A stretch of DNA of 64,000 nt, from positions 160,001 to 224,000 of the forward strand of contig CALXXY010000001.1 of NCBI GenBank assembly GCA_944392815.1, in the 5' to 3' direction. This document shows positions 20,596-31,179 of the stretch, in pieces. Each line of letters begins with the position of its first letter. The stretch's first letter is position 1. The position numbers and the translations under genes were made by a program. The stretch is from an uncultured Alphaproteobacteria bacterium (GTDB taxonomy: Bacteria; Pseudomonadota; Alphaproteobacteria; Rs-D84). Below the pieces are notes generated by a model. The model saw only the letters and a list, made by a program, of their open reading frames with translations, had not been told where the DNA came from and made no database searches.

Positions 20596-21228
20596 TTAAG
20601 CAATCCATTTTGACTGTTTATCCATATATAGTGGTTCAAGATTGCGCCTAAATTCTTCAACAATATTACGGATTTCTTTATTGATCTTATCATCAGGATT
20701 GATTTTATCAGCTTTCGTTTCGCAAAATATTAAATCATATAACGGTTTGTATTCAGGAATGTCCTTACCATAATATAAATTTTTGGAAGCTTGCATAATC
20801 ACCGAGTTATAATTAGTCAATTTAAGCATAGCCGCCATGATTCCGTTACCCCAATACATATAAGCATTGTTTTGTAAAGAACGCAACCTATCTATAATAT
20901 CTTGCTGTGTTATCAATCGGTGATGCGGAACAAGATAGTTTATTCTTTCTGGATGTATATCTACCTTGCCAGGATTTGTAATTGCTTCTGATTTAATCCA
21001 CTCTAGAGTCTCATCATGCTCTGTTTGGGCTATCATGGGCATTCTAACATGTATGTATAAATCCTGGATATCGTAAACAGCGCGCATAATTTCAGCAGCA
21101 AGTTCAATTTTCTTTTTACCAATAAATTCCCGCTTCCAAGTATATAAAGCAACCACGGCGAGAATGGGTGTAATAACAGAAGCAATTGCAGAAATAATAC
21201 TATAAATATTGCAAGTCATCGATATCAC
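20596..21228 (-). CDS. Hypothetical protein with N-terminal transmembrane helix
   Basis: 210-aa ORF, hydrophobic N-terminus, last gene of the R-M operon. Confidence 0.65.
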   Translation of the reverse strand: MISMTCNIYSIISAIASVITPILAVVALYTWKREFIGKKKIELAAEIMRAVYDIQDLYIHVRMPMIAQTEHDETLEWIKSEAITNPGKVDIHPERINYLVPHHRLITQQDIIDRLRSLQNNAYMYWGNGIMAAMLKLTNYNSVIMQASKNLYYGKDIPEYKPLYDLIFCETKADKINPDDKINKEIRNIVEEFRRNLEPLYMDKQSKWIA

Positions 21229-21235
21229 CCGTTGT

Positions 21236-22399
21236 TTATTTTAAACGATCAAACACATAATCAACAGGAGATTCGTATTTATTCGGCATCATAGATGATA
21301 CAAATCTTCTAACTTCCGGACGAGAATTTAACATATTCTCTATGATATGACGTTGCAAATCAGGAAACGCCCTGTGTGGTGCTAAAGCTCTGTGACATAC
21401 TGGACATAATTTTACCAAATTATCCAGTACATCAACCGCATCAGAATCATTAGCATATGCAATAACATGATTTACTTCAAAATAATATCTATTGTTTCGT
21501 GGCATCAGGAATGAACGATCTTTGATATCATACCGATCACCACAACCAACGCATACATCCGCGAAAGTTTCTCTTGCGAATGCAACAATTTTTTGATTTC
21601 TGATAGAAAATTTATTTTCTGGCACCACATCAATTGGTTCACGAAATTCAAGATCTTGTCTTAAGGCGTTTATTTCATTTGGCGTCAACTCTCTGCCAAG
21701 AATCTTTTGACGATAAAAAATCAGACGTTCTTCAAACATGTGATACGCATGAACTTCACCCAAATTTCTTATATTTACTCTTAAGACATCTGTTTTATAT
21801 TTATTTATATTCGGGTATCTAGTTATTACGTTTTCGTAAAACCATTTCAAATTTATTCTAATTTGAGTATTTCTCTCCCTTTCTCCTGTGGCAAACTGCG
21901 GTTGTAATTCTCTAAAGTTTAGGTTCAAACGTTCTATCAAATTATTTGAAGACAATAACAGTTTAAAAATATTGTCTACATATCGTGGAGTAGGATTTTT
22001 AAGATCCAACGCATATAAGCCACGATTAAAATCTGCGCTTCCACGCAACAAAAACATTGCCAGAGCAACTTCTTCATCTAGTGGGTAATTAACTGGCAAT
22101 TTATTCAATAATACGATGATTTTTTCATAAATAGCATTCAGAAAATCATCCAATGATATGCGTTTGTCATTGACGACAGTTGCAGCTATGGTTGTTGCGT
22201 TTATTTGAACAAAATCAATTCCATATTTACGAGTCAGCGCTTGAGCTGTTTTCTTATGTGAATCCGCTGGCAAAGGTAAAAACTTCGTTATTCTGTACCT
22301 GGATTGAATTTCAAAATTTCCGTTTTTTTCATCGGCAGCATTGAAAAACGCTACGAAAAGAGTTTCTATCGGCATTTGTAATAATTGACCTATATTCAT
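21236..22399 (-). CDS. HNH restriction endonuclease
   Basis: C-terminal CVGC..FEVNHVI..NLVKLCPVCH; downstream of two MTases. Confidence 0.75.
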   Translation of the reverse strand: MNIGQLLQMPIETLFVAFFNAADEKNGNFEIQSRYRITKFLPLPADSHKKTAQALTRKYGIDFVQINATTIAATVVNDKRISLDDFLNAIYEKIIVLLNKLPVNYPLDEEVALAMFLLRGSADFNRGLYALDLKNPTPRYVDNIFKLLLSSNNLIERLNLNFRELQPQFATGERERNTQIRINLKWFYENVITRYPNINKYKTDVLRVNIRNLGEVHAYHMFEERLIFYRQKILGRELTPNEINALRQDLEFREPIDVVPENKFSIRNQKIVAFARETFADVCVGCGDRYDIKDRSFLMPRNNRYYFEVNHVIAYANDSDAVDVLDNLVKLCPVCHRALAPHRAFPDLQRHIIENMLNSRPEVRRFVSSMMPNKYESPVDYVFDRLK

Positions 22400-22410
22400 A
22401 ACAATCCCCA

Positions 22411-23151
22411 CTAAATATCATTAAAAATTCTTTTATATGACATGTTGTAGAATTTTTCATCCAATTCTACACCTATAAAGTGTCTGTTTTGACGGACACA
22501 TGCAATACCTGTACTGCCACTACCCATAAATGGGTCTAACACCAAATCCCCGGGGTTTGTTAAGGTTTTTACAAGAAATTCCATCAAACATACAGGCTTC
22601 TGGGTTGGGTGCCCCAATCTTTCTTTTCCACTTGGCGATGGGCATTTGATCTCTGGTCTTAAATATGAGCCACTAGTATTATTAAATGTCCATTTCTTTT
22701 TGCCTTTGACACACCATATTGCCAATTCATAATCAGCAACGAACCGACTGGACATATTACGTGGCATTGGATTTGGTTTAATCCACCTTATCAAGTCTTT
22801 TACAGAGTATCCATGTTGCTCTAACGTTTTTGCTATGGTTCCGATATTCAAAAAACTATTAAATATAACGATATTACCGCCGTCTTTTAATAATGTATCA
22901 GCAATATCTAACCAAGATAATAAGTCAAAGCCTTTATCCCATTCACCAAAATCCACCCCCTGTCTTTTAGCAGATTTCATTGTTCCAAAATTATTGCTCT
23001 TAGATATGTTATATGGTGGATCTGTAATAATAGCATCAACTTTTATGCCTTTCTTAGCTAAATCGGTCATAGCAATCAAACAGTCTCCGTGTATAAGTTG
23101 AACGGATTCTTTGTTGAGTAAGCCATTAAAATCCATCTGACTATTATTCAT
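22411..23151 (-). CDS. N4/N6 DNA methyltransferase (beta class)
   Basis: TDPPYN, HPTQKP, LDPFMGSGST. Confidence 0.92.
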   Translation of the reverse strand: MNNSQMDFNGLLNKESVQLIHGDCLIAMTDLAKKGIKVDAIITDPPYNISKSNNFGTMKSAKRQGVDFGEWDKGFDLLSWLDIADTLLKDGGNIVIFNSFLNIGTIAKTLEQHGYSVKDLIRWIKPNPMPRNMSSRFVADYELAIWCVKGKKKWTFNNTSGSYLRPEIKCPSPSGKERLGHPTQKPVCLMEFLVKTLTNPGDLVLDPFMGSGSTGIACVRQNRHFIGVELDEKFYNMSYKRIFNDI

Positions 23152-24211
23152 CTTCAGCTTTTATTATCTCTTGTGCTATTGCGTTGGCTAATCTAGGCGG
23201 CACAGCATTGCCAATCTGTTTTATTATAGACGATTTATTGCCATAAAAGACAAAGTCATCTGGAAATGATTGGATACGCGCTGCCTCTCGCGGCGTTATA
23301 GACCTGTTCAAAAACGGGTGATTATTACGACCATTTGATGGCGTATCAAATCTGGTAACGATGGTAGGTGACGGTTTGTCTTTTTCAAGACGCCCCCATG
23401 TTCCACCAAATGTAGATTTAGTCAAATGCTCTTTTGGTAAAAACTCTTTGCCTTTTTCTGGTGGAATTAAAGATAACCTGTATATGGCTACATCTGAATG
23501 CTTTGTCGCCACATGATTATACAATTTCTTGCTGTTTTTGCGAAGCTCTTTTTGATAATCACTTTGTGCAGCATTTCTATATTCTGAAATAAAATCTCCT
23601 TCACCAGATTCTAGATAAGCTAAATCTGAAATGGCGTCCCAAACCGAAACCTGTCTTGCTTGTAAATTTTGAACAGGTAGTTTGATTTCGCCCCTTTTTG
23701 TACCTATAAATACAGCTCTTCTTCTGGTTTGTGGTACGCCAAAGTATCGGGCATCCAATACCCCATAATTAACAGTATACCCTTGTCTGTGCGCTTCCTT
23801 CAAAATAAGTTTCAGGAAATAACCATTTTCTGTACCAAGTATACTTGCAACGTTTTCAATGACAAAATATTTTGGATTAAAGAACTTAGTATATCTAAAA
23901 AATTCTTTGAACAAAAAGTTTCTCTCATCTTCTCTGCCAAGACATTTACCACGTGTTGAAAAACCCTGACATGGGGGCCCCCCAACGATGATATCAATTT
24001 TTGCGTCTATTTGTTTTGCGATATCTTTTATATCTAACTTACAAATATCGCCTATAAATACCTTTGCATTTGGATTGTTTTTAGCATATGAAGCCGCTAT
24101 CGTTGGGTCCCACTCCAACCCAGCGACAACATTAAAACGACCAGTCTGTTCAAAACCAAGACTCAAACCGCCAACACCGCAAAACAATTCAAACAAATTG
24201 AGTTTTTTCAT
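23144..24211 (-). CDS. C5 cytosine DNA methyltransferase
   Basis: LFCGVGG, GGPPCQGFS, ENV, QTRRR, REAARIQSFPD, QIGNAVPP. Confidence 0.95.
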   Translation of the reverse strand: MKKLNLFELFCGVGGLSLGFEQTGRFNVVAGLEWDPTIAASYAKNNPNAKVFIGDICKLDIKDIAKQIDAKIDIIVGGPPCQGFSTRGKCLGREDERNFLFKEFFRYTKFFNPKYFVIENVASILGTENGYFLKLILKEAHRQGYTVNYGVLDARYFGVPQTRRRAVFIGTKRGEIKLPVQNLQARQVSVWDAISDLAYLESGEGDFISEYRNAAQSDYQKELRKNSKKLYNHVATKHSDVAIYRLSLIPPEKGKEFLPKEHLTKSTFGGTWGRLEKDKPSPTIVTRFDTPSNGRNNHPFLNRSITPREAARIQSFPDDFVFYGNKSSIIKQIGNAVPPRLANAIAQEIIKAEDE

Positions 24212-24475
24212 TATTCCTTCCGATAGAAAAACTATACAAGAATTTTACAAACAAAATCAAGGCGATTTACAACTTTCTATAAGCCCTATTTTTACCCAAT
24301 GTTACTATTCGGAACACTTTAAGGTACAATAAATCGCAAAATCTGTGAATGTTATCCAAATAGGGGTGGATAGTCATTTCTTTTATATATCAGACATTTT
24401 GTGTAATAGAGTTTTATCAACTTGACTTTCTGCGCTTTGTAAGCAGTAATTGCACAACCTTAAAAGGATGTGATT

Positions 24476-24913
24476 ATGGCAAAAATTGAATTACCGACGA
24501 CATTGGATGAATTACGTGCGATGTCGTTCGCAGATCGGGTGGCATTATGGGCAAAATACAGTCCATATCCGTTTAAACGGCAAATGCGGTCGCTTTGGTA
24601 TTATATTCAATGTGACCGCCTAAACCTGCGAATTGAGCATAAATATCTAGTAAAAATCCGCAAATACAAAGATGAACCAGAAAAATGCTTAACCAGTGTT
24701 CAAAAAAACAAATATAACTTTGTTCCTGGCACAATTCTGACCCGATATTTCAAGGGCATAAAACACACCATCTTAGTCAATGATGATGGCAGTTTTTCTT
24801 ATAACGGCGATAAATATTCCACATTGTCGGGGGTAGCAACTAAAATTGCTGGTATGAAAATGTCTGGCAACTTCTTTTTTGGTATAAACAAAAGGTACAA
24901 ACATGACAATTAA
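24476..24913 (+). CDS. DUF2924-like protein
   Basis: PGT.L.R.FKG..H.....G.F.YNG..Y.TLS.VA..I.G...SG..FFG; coupled to the recombinase. Confidence 0.75.
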   Translation: MAKIELPTTLDELRAMSFADRVALWAKYSPYPFKRQMRSLWYYIQCDRLNLRIEHKYLVKIRKYKDEPEKCLTSVQKNKYNFVPGTILTRYFKGIKHTILVNDDGSFSYNGDKYSTLSGVATKIAGMKMSGNFFFGINKRYKHDN

Positions 24914-26492
24914 GTGCGCAATTTATACGCGTAAATCAACAGAACACGGACTTGAACAAGAATTTAATTCTCTGCAAAACCAAGAAGAGTCCTGCAAAGC
25001 ATATATTGCATCGCAATCCTTCAACGGCTGGCAATATTATAAAACATACAGCGATGCGGCGATATCTGGTGGGACTATGGAACGCCCGGCACTAAAACAA
25101 ATGTTGGATGATATGGCACACGGTTTAGTAAATACGGTGGTCGTTTACAAAGTTGATCGATTATCGCGTTCAATCTTGGATTTCCACAATATGATGAAAT
25201 ATTTTGAAAGATACGGTGCAAATTTTGTATCCATTACTCAGTCATTTGATACCAGTACATCAATGGGGAAACTGACACTGAATATGTTGCTGTCATTCGC
25301 CCAATTTGAACGCGAGGTGTCATCGGAACGTGTGCGTGATAAAATCCGTGCTAGTAAGGCCAAGGGTCTGTGGATGGGCGGTAATCCGCCACTGGGGTAT
25401 GATGTGATAGATAAAAAGTTGATCCCGAACACGGCTGAGGCCACAAACGTTCGGAAACTTTTTGAAAAGTATCTGGAACTGCAATCTGTAAATGCATTAA
25501 CAGAATATGTCGCGGCGCACAAAATATATGCCAAACAATGGACAACCGCCAAAGGTATTATCAAAGGTGGTCGTCCCATTGCAAAAATGAGTATGCACCG
25601 TATCCTGCGGGATAAGATTTACATCGGTCAAATTGAAAACAAAAAAGAAGGCACTTTTGCCAAAGGCGAACACGAACCAATAATTCCCGAAGAACTGTTT
25701 AATCGTGTTCAGGTTGCGCTGGCTAATAATTCCAACAACAAATCACCCAGCACGCGTGCACCGAATATACTAACTGGCAAACTGTTTAATCATAATGGTG
25801 TTAAATTTATAAATCAACGCACAAGTGGTAAAGGCAAAAAGACCGCGTATTATTATGCAACCAAAGGCTTCTATCTGACCGCGACACGCGTGGATGCAAT
25901 CGCCATAAAAACAATAACGGATTTTCTGAATAGCGATATGTCGAATTTGCCTATAAACTTGGCCACCATATTAAAACGAATTGATATTACAAATATGACA
26001 TATACACAAAAACGAGATTTGATTCAATCGCTGGTTGAAAAGGTTGTATATTCGCAGGAACAATTGATTTATACGCTTACGACCGATGCTACAAAATTGC
26101 AACAATTTGTATCCGAAAATTATGTAAATCAAAATACAGATAAAATGGAATACATAATTGGAGACAATAGCGTCACAATTACCGAAAAAGTATTTCTTCG
26201 TAAATATGTGAATACAGTATACGACCGTGGCAAAAATGGGGTATTAAATGTCACCGACAACAACCATCTGATTCTGAAAGCCTTTGCCACCGCATGGAAA
26301 TATCGTGAATTATACGAACAAGATGGTAATGTAGATAATATTATTCGCTACCTGCACACTTCGCCACGCCAATTCTACCGTTATCTGGGCATCGCATACA
26401 TGACCCCAGACAATGTCAACGAAATCTTGTCTGGGAAATTAAAAATTAATGTTAATGATTTATTTCGGATTGCGAGAGAAAACGATTTTTAA
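24903..26492 (+). CDS. Large serine recombinase (integrase)
   Basis: CAIYTRKS, ERPAL, KVDRLSRS, FAQFERE, Y.G and H.PII recombinase-domain motifs. Confidence 0.93.
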   Translation: MTIKCAIYTRKSTEHGLEQEFNSLQNQEESCKAYIASQSFNGWQYYKTYSDAAISGGTMERPALKQMLDDMAHGLVNTVVVYKVDRLSRSILDFHNMMKYFERYGANFVSITQSFDTSTSMGKLTLNMLLSFAQFEREVSSERVRDKIRASKAKGLWMGGNPPLGYDVIDKKLIPNTAEATNVRKLFEKYLELQSVNALTEYVAAHKIYAKQWTTAKGIIKGGRPIAKMSMHRILRDKIYIGQIENKKEGTFAKGEHEPIIPEELFNRVQVALANNSNNKSPSTRAPNILTGKLFNHNGVKFINQRTSGKGKKTAYYYATKGFYLTATRVDAIAIKTITDFLNSDMSNLPINLATILKRIDITNMTYTQKRDLIQSLVEKVVYSQEQLIYTLTTDATKLQQFVSENYVNQNTDKMEYIIGDNSVTITEKVFLRKYVNTVYDRGKNGVLNVTDNNHLILKAFATAWKYRELYEQDGNVDNIIRYLHTSPRQFYRYLGIAYMTPDNVNEILSGKLKINVNDLFRIARENDF

Positions 26493-26497
26493 TGAAA

Positions 26498-28426
26498 TTA
26501 TTTTTTTAGGATATTGTAATATTGATCCTCAAGATATTGTATGCCATCTTCTTTATCAATATGACTATTTAACATTTGTTTCATGTTAAATAAAGCTTGC
26601 TCGTTTTCATTTAAAATATCAGCCCATGTTTTTATATATAATCTTTTATTTGGTGTGTCTTGTACACCATAATTTATAAAACCTGTTTTCTTATTTTCTA
26701 TTTCTTTTTGAGCTTCCAGTTTAATTTTAGAAGAAACCACAATTATATCCATTTCGTATTTATCAAACTGAGCATTTGACGTAATAGTGTTGTAGTATTT
26801 TTTAATTTGAGTAACTTCATCAAATCCTATATCAACACTAGGTCTTTTCAACTCAACTATTAGTGCTTTCGGAGCATCGCCAGAAAAACCTTTTCTAGCA
26901 AAAAATAAATCGGGTATATACTCTCCTCCAACAATATCACCCTGACAAGCAAAATCTTTTAAACTATCGCGCAATTCTTTTATAATCGTGCTAAAAGCAT
27001 TATCCGAAGCTAAAAAATTAAACCTTTCGCCAAAAATCCACGTTTCATTTTCAATAATTTTATGTAATTGGGAACGTTCTTTTATGTTTTTTAAATCACC
27101 ATATGCTATTTGCCTTAATCCCTCTAAAAATTTTAATCTGCGTTGTATTGTTGAAGCGGTTTTGATTATTGAATTTAAAGATACCTCTTTTAGTAAATCA
27201 GAAAAATCTTGCATTTCTTCAGCGGTTAAATCCATCAGTTTTTCCAATACGTCTTTAAAATTTTCAGGATCTTTTTGTATAACTAATTGAATAGTATTAA
27301 CAATGCCCTTTCTGATATATTGCGGTGTAGAACTTTTAAATACTGATGGACGAGTAGTATTTAGTTTTATTAGAATTTTATCATAAATACGTTTAGTCTG
27401 TTCTTCTGATACGGTTAGTTCACTATCATCATCGTACGGATAAATTCCGTCTCGCTTAAGGATCTGGATAATGTCTTCGGATTTTTGCTTATTATGATTG
27501 AAAACAAAAGCATTTTTCATTTCAATCGCTTGGTTTTTTATATAAGATAATTCTGGGTCTAAATTAGCAACACCTAAACGATTTTCTTTATACGCATTGG
27601 CAACCCTATCTGCTGCTACATACACAGAGTGATTTGACGTTTTCTTGCTATCATCCAATTTATCTTCCAATAGAGTATTCCAACTTGAATCACACCAAAA
27701 CAAACGATTATTTTCTGGAGTAGTGGTTTTCCAAACAATCGTCTTCATTTTTACATCTTCATTTGGATTTGGCAAATTGCTAATATCACTTGTAGCTTCA
27801 ATATGATCAGAAATATCTAGCAGGACACCGTTTAATGTTACAGATATTCGTTTATCTTCAAGAATAGTAACAAAAAAACGTTCTAAGGTTTCTTTTAAGT
27901 CTTGTTGTGATGGAATTTTTATAGTTTTCCCATTTGCATATGCTGTAAAAATAGTCCCTGTAATTGTTTTTATATCAGAAACATCCGCATCGTCTTCTAT
28001 TTCTGGTTTTAAAGGATCATTGATATTTATAGTAACTCTTGTAGAATCTTTGTCTGTTTTGGTTTTCCATTCTACAATATTACCTAAAGCAAAACTTTTA
28101 AATCTACCTTGTCCATTACGTCCATGTACCAATCGATGGAAATCGTTTGTTTGTCCGAGCCTTTTGTTTGACTTTCCGAGAGTTAGAAAGGGGTCAACTT
28201 CTGTGTCCTCGTTTGGTTTATAAAAACCCTTACCATTATCTATAACTGTGATTTTATCGACCACCTTTAATTCATTCATGTAGATATTTATATCGATCTT
28301 GCTTGCAGATGCATCTAACGAATTATAGATTATTTCTTCAAGAGCCTCAACTGGATTTAAATTGCTATAATTAGTGTTAATTAATTTAGGATTGGTTCGT
28401 ACATTAGCAGTTCGTATCTTTGGCAT
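26498..28426 (-). CDS. GHKL (MORC/HATPase_c_3-like) ATPase fused to a PD-(D/E)xK nuclease; putative defence protein
   Basis: EIIYNSLDA, DNGKG, GRNGQGRF; C-terminal WIFG, PDLF, IVELKRP. Confidence 0.75.
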   Translation of the reverse strand: MPKIRTANVRTNPKLINTNYSNLNPVEALEEIIYNSLDASASKIDINIYMNELKVVDKITVIDNGKGFYKPNEDTEVDPFLTLGKSNKRLGQTNDFHRLVHGRNGQGRFKSFALGNIVEWKTKTDKDSTRVTININDPLKPEIEDDADVSDIKTITGTIFTAYANGKTIKIPSQQDLKETLERFFVTILEDKRISVTLNGVLLDISDHIEATSDISNLPNPNEDVKMKTIVWKTTTPENNRLFWCDSSWNTLLEDKLDDSKKTSNHSVYVAADRVANAYKENRLGVANLDPELSYIKNQAIEMKNAFVFNHNKQKSEDIIQILKRDGIYPYDDDSELTVSEEQTKRIYDKILIKLNTTRPSVFKSSTPQYIRKGIVNTIQLVIQKDPENFKDVLEKLMDLTAEEMQDFSDLLKEVSLNSIIKTASTIQRRLKFLEGLRQIAYGDLKNIKERSQLHKIIENETWIFGERFNFLASDNAFSTIIKELRDSLKDFACQGDIVGGEYIPDLFFARKGFSGDAPKALIVELKRPSVDIGFDEVTQIKKYYNTITSNAQFDKYEMDIIVVSSKIKLEAQKEIENKKTGFINYGVQDTPNKRLYIKTWADILNENEQALFNMKQMLNSHIDKEDGIQYLEDQYYNILKK

Positions 28427-28610
28427 ATATTTTCCTGTTTTTCAATACTGATTTTATTATTCATTTTATATAAAAGCAATTTATTTTATTATGAAAACTG
28501 GCATCGGGTTTTTGGGCAGAGTATATAGTTGTGATGAAATTGGGCGGATTGTTGGCAACTGGCGATATACACTGGTAATATCGTCCGCAAAGATCGCCAG
28601 AAACGGGGCG

Positions 28611-28645
28611 AAAAAGAACATCCCGTGTGATTGCCACGGGATGTC
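28611..28645 (-). terminator. Terminator downstream of tRNA-Ser, supplied by the island end
   Basis: ACATCCCGTG-tgattgc-CACGGGATGT stem followed by a U-rich run on the minus strand. Confidence 0.65.
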
Positions 28646-28654
28646 AGATATTAC

Positions 28655-28744
28655 TGGCGGATGGGGAGGGATTCGAACCCCCGGTGGAGTTGCCCCCACA
28701 ACGGTTTTCAAGACCGTCGCAATCGACCGCTCTGCCACCCATCC
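28655..28744 (-). tRNA. tRNA-Ser (anticodon UGA)
   Basis: GGATGGGTGGCAGAGCGG...CTTGAAA...GGTTCGAATCCCTCCCCATCCGCCA; 90 nt with long variable arm and CCA end. Confidence 0.95.
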
Positions 28745-28957
28745 TAAACTTTTTTACCGACGGTCTCTCAAACCTACGGTTGTGTTCGCTGACCGCTACC
28801 CAACGGTGCCGGCAAAACGTCACGAACGCGCGTATTATACAGTACTGGGGGCGTGTTGTCAATTCATCTGTTGGAGGAAAATTATTACGCTTGCGAACGT
28901 GCGGGTATATGATATCATTATCCCCATGGAGAGGGCCAACATAAAAGGCAATAAAAC

Positions 28958-29971
28958 ATGGCTAAATCTATTTTGGTGACTGGTGGCGCGGGATTCATAG
29001 GTTCGAATTTTGTTCCGTATTTTGCAAAAAAATATCCTGAATATCGTATATTTAACCTGGACAAATTGACTTATGCGGCAAATTTGGACAATTTGGCGGA
29101 ATGTCGCGATATGCCGAATTATAAATTTATCCAGGGCGACATTTGCGATGCAAATTTGGTTGACGCCATATTCCAAGATTGCGATATTCGTGGCGTTATT
29201 CATTTCGCAGCCGAAAGCCATGTTGACAATTCCATAACCGGGCCGCGCGCTTTTATTAATACAAATGTTATGGGGACGACCAATTTATTGGAATCCGCAC
29301 GTGGTCATTGGATGGACGCGCCACACCGCGTAAAACCCGGTCATGAATCCGACAGATTTCATCATATTTCCACAGACGAGGTTTACGGTGCGTTGGGTTC
29401 GACGGGGCTGTTTACGGAAACCACGCCATATGACCCCAGCAGTCCATATTCTGCGTCCAAGGCCGCGTCTGACCACCTGGTCAGTGCATGGCACCGCACG
29501 TTTGGGTTAAATACAACCATATCGAATTGTTCGAATAACTATGGTCCGAAACAGCACCCTGAAAAATTAATCCCGAAAATTATTCAAAATTGTGTTAATT
29601 GGCAACCGATACCTATCTATGGGCGCGGTGAAAACGTTCGCGATTGGCTGTATGTGTTGGATCATGCGCGCGCGATTGATTTAATTTTCCACAATGGCCG
29701 TGCGGGGCAAACATATAACATAGGCGGACATAACGAACGCACCAATATGCAGATAGTAAATACTATCTGTGCCATTATGGATAAAAAAATGCCGCGGCAA
29801 TCGGGAAAGTATTCAGATTTAATCACTTTTGTTGCGGACAGACCGGGTCATGATTTGCGATATGCAATTGACGCATCGAAACTGGAACGCGAGTTGGGTT
29901 GGCGTGCGAATGAAACGTTTGATCGTGGAATCGTAAAAACTGTTGATTGGTATTTACAAAAATCGCGTTAA
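28958..29971 (+). CDS. rfbB: dTDP-glucose 4,6-dehydratase
   Basis: GGAGFIG, DKLTYA, AAESHVD, STDEVYG, YSASK, DRPGHD.RYA. Confidence 0.95.
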   Translation: MAKSILVTGGAGFIGSNFVPYFAKKYPEYRIFNLDKLTYAANLDNLAECRDMPNYKFIQGDICDANLVDAIFQDCDIRGVIHFAAESHVDNSITGPRAFINTNVMGTTNLLESARGHWMDAPHRVKPGHESDRFHHISTDEVYGALGSTGLFTETTPYDPSSPYSASKAASDHLVSAWHRTFGLNTTISNCSNNYGPKQHPEKLIPKIIQNCVNWQPIPIYGRGENVRDWLYVLDHARAIDLIFHNGRAGQTYNIGGHNERTNMQIVNTICAIMDKKMPRQSGKYSDLITFVADRPGHDLRYAIDASKLERELGWRANETFDRGIVKTVDWYLQKSR

Positions 29972-29996
29972 AAAATGCCGGCATTTGCCGGCGTTT

Positions 29997-30266
29997 TTAT
30001 TTTGTTCTGTACGCGTCAGATATTTTTTTCAGACACAGTGATTTTATATCCATACATTCGCGCGCATAATCAGGCCACACAAACGGTACATCACGCGGCG
30101 TGCCGTGTGCCAATGTCCAATATACGCCATGGCCACGCGTGTCCTGGCACTGCATTTTATAACATGCCTGGTGATAATTGTTAAAACAACACGCATCGCA
30201 TTTTGCGCCAGTGGATTTATTTGCGATTAATAATTCATTTAAATCAGATACGGAATCATATTTCAT
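29997..30266 (-). CDS. Small Cys-rich hypothetical protein
   Basis: 89-aa ORF 2 bp downstream of lgt with an AGGGG RBS; seven Cys. Confidence 0.6.
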   Translation of the reverse strand: MKYDSVSDLNELLIANKSTGAKCDACCFNNYHQACYKMQCQDTRGHGVYWTLAHGTPRDVPFVWPDYARECMDIKSLCLKKISDAYRTK

Positions 30267-30268
30267 TT

Positions 30269-31099
30269 TTATTTACCCCTTTTGAAAGCAACAGCGCACA
30301 CAACCGCGCCGGCGATAAACATTATCGCACTTAACAATTGTCCCATGGTCAGGCCCCAACTGGTTAAAAAACCTATTTGCACATCTGGGGCACGGAATTG
30401 TTCACAAAATATGCGAAACACAGCGTACAGCATCGCCAACACGCCGCCCAGTGCGCCCGGGTATTTACGCAATTTTGTAAAACGATACAGGCAATACATG
30501 ATGATGAACAGTAATATGCCCTCGGTCGCGGCCTCGTACAAAGGGCTGGGGTGGCGCGGAAGTGGCGTTTGACCGGCAAACACCACCGCCCAGGGCACAT
30601 CTGTGGGACGTCCCATAACCTCGATATTAATAAAATTGGCAATTCGGCCGAAAAACAGGCCAATGGGTGTAATCACCGCCAAAATATCCAGAATGTTAAA
30701 TGCTGTTTTATATGTGCCACCAGATATTGCGCCACGACGATTTTGTGACACAGCGAATAAAAATACCGCGACAATGACACCCACCAGGCCGCCATGGAAA
30801 CTCATTCCGCCGTGCCATACAGCAAAAATTTCCAGCGGGTGCGCGATAAAAAACGGCAGGTTATACAGCAACACATATCCCAATCGGCCACCGATTATAA
30901 CGCCCAATATAATTGCGGTCAGCAAATCGTCCAACTGTTTTTTATCCAGTTTTATTTGACTGTCGTCACGGCGTGTGAACGCGCGCAGCATAAAATATCC
31001 AATCACAAATGCCGCAACATAGGCCAGCGCATACCAGCGAATATCCAGCCCAAAGACTGAAAACGCCACAGGCGAAATCGGGTTAATCATTATTGCCAT
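30269..31099 (-). CDS. lgt: Prolipoprotein diacylglyceryl transferase
   Basis: IRWYAL, GGRLGYV, GGMSFHGG, GRIANFIN, RHPS.LYEA. Confidence 0.95.
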   Translation of the reverse strand: MAIMINPISPVAFSVFGLDIRWYALAYVAAFVIGYFMLRAFTRRDDSQIKLDKKQLDDLLTAIILGVIIGGRLGYVLLYNLPFFIAHPLEIFAVWHGGMSFHGGLVGVIVAVFLFAVSQNRRGAISGGTYKTAFNILDILAVITPIGLFFGRIANFINIEVMGRPTDVPWAVVFAGQTPLPRHPSPLYEAATEGILLFIIMYCLYRFTKLRKYPGALGGVLAMLYAVFRIFCEQFRAPDVQIGFLTSWGLTMGQLLSAIMFIAGAVVCAVAFKRGK

Positions 31100-31179
31100 A
31101 GTTTTATCCTGTAAATGATATAACTTGAATTAATGCCCGAATTGTATTATATAATGCAGTGACTAACAAGGAGAAAAAC

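Larger units (their letters stand above)
9818..28661. mobile_element. Genomic island 1 at the tRNA-Ser(UGA) 3' end (serine-recombinase/terminase-type element)
   Basis: TGGCGGA core at 9818-9824 and 28655-28661, AT-rich composition, large serine recombinase + DUF2924, ACAGGG end repeats, R-M cargo. Confidence 0.8.

Noticed and set aside
28481-28979. ORFs 28481-28738, 28491-28979, 28627-28944 and 28644-28862
   Set aside because: They overlap tRNA-Ser and are spurious translations.
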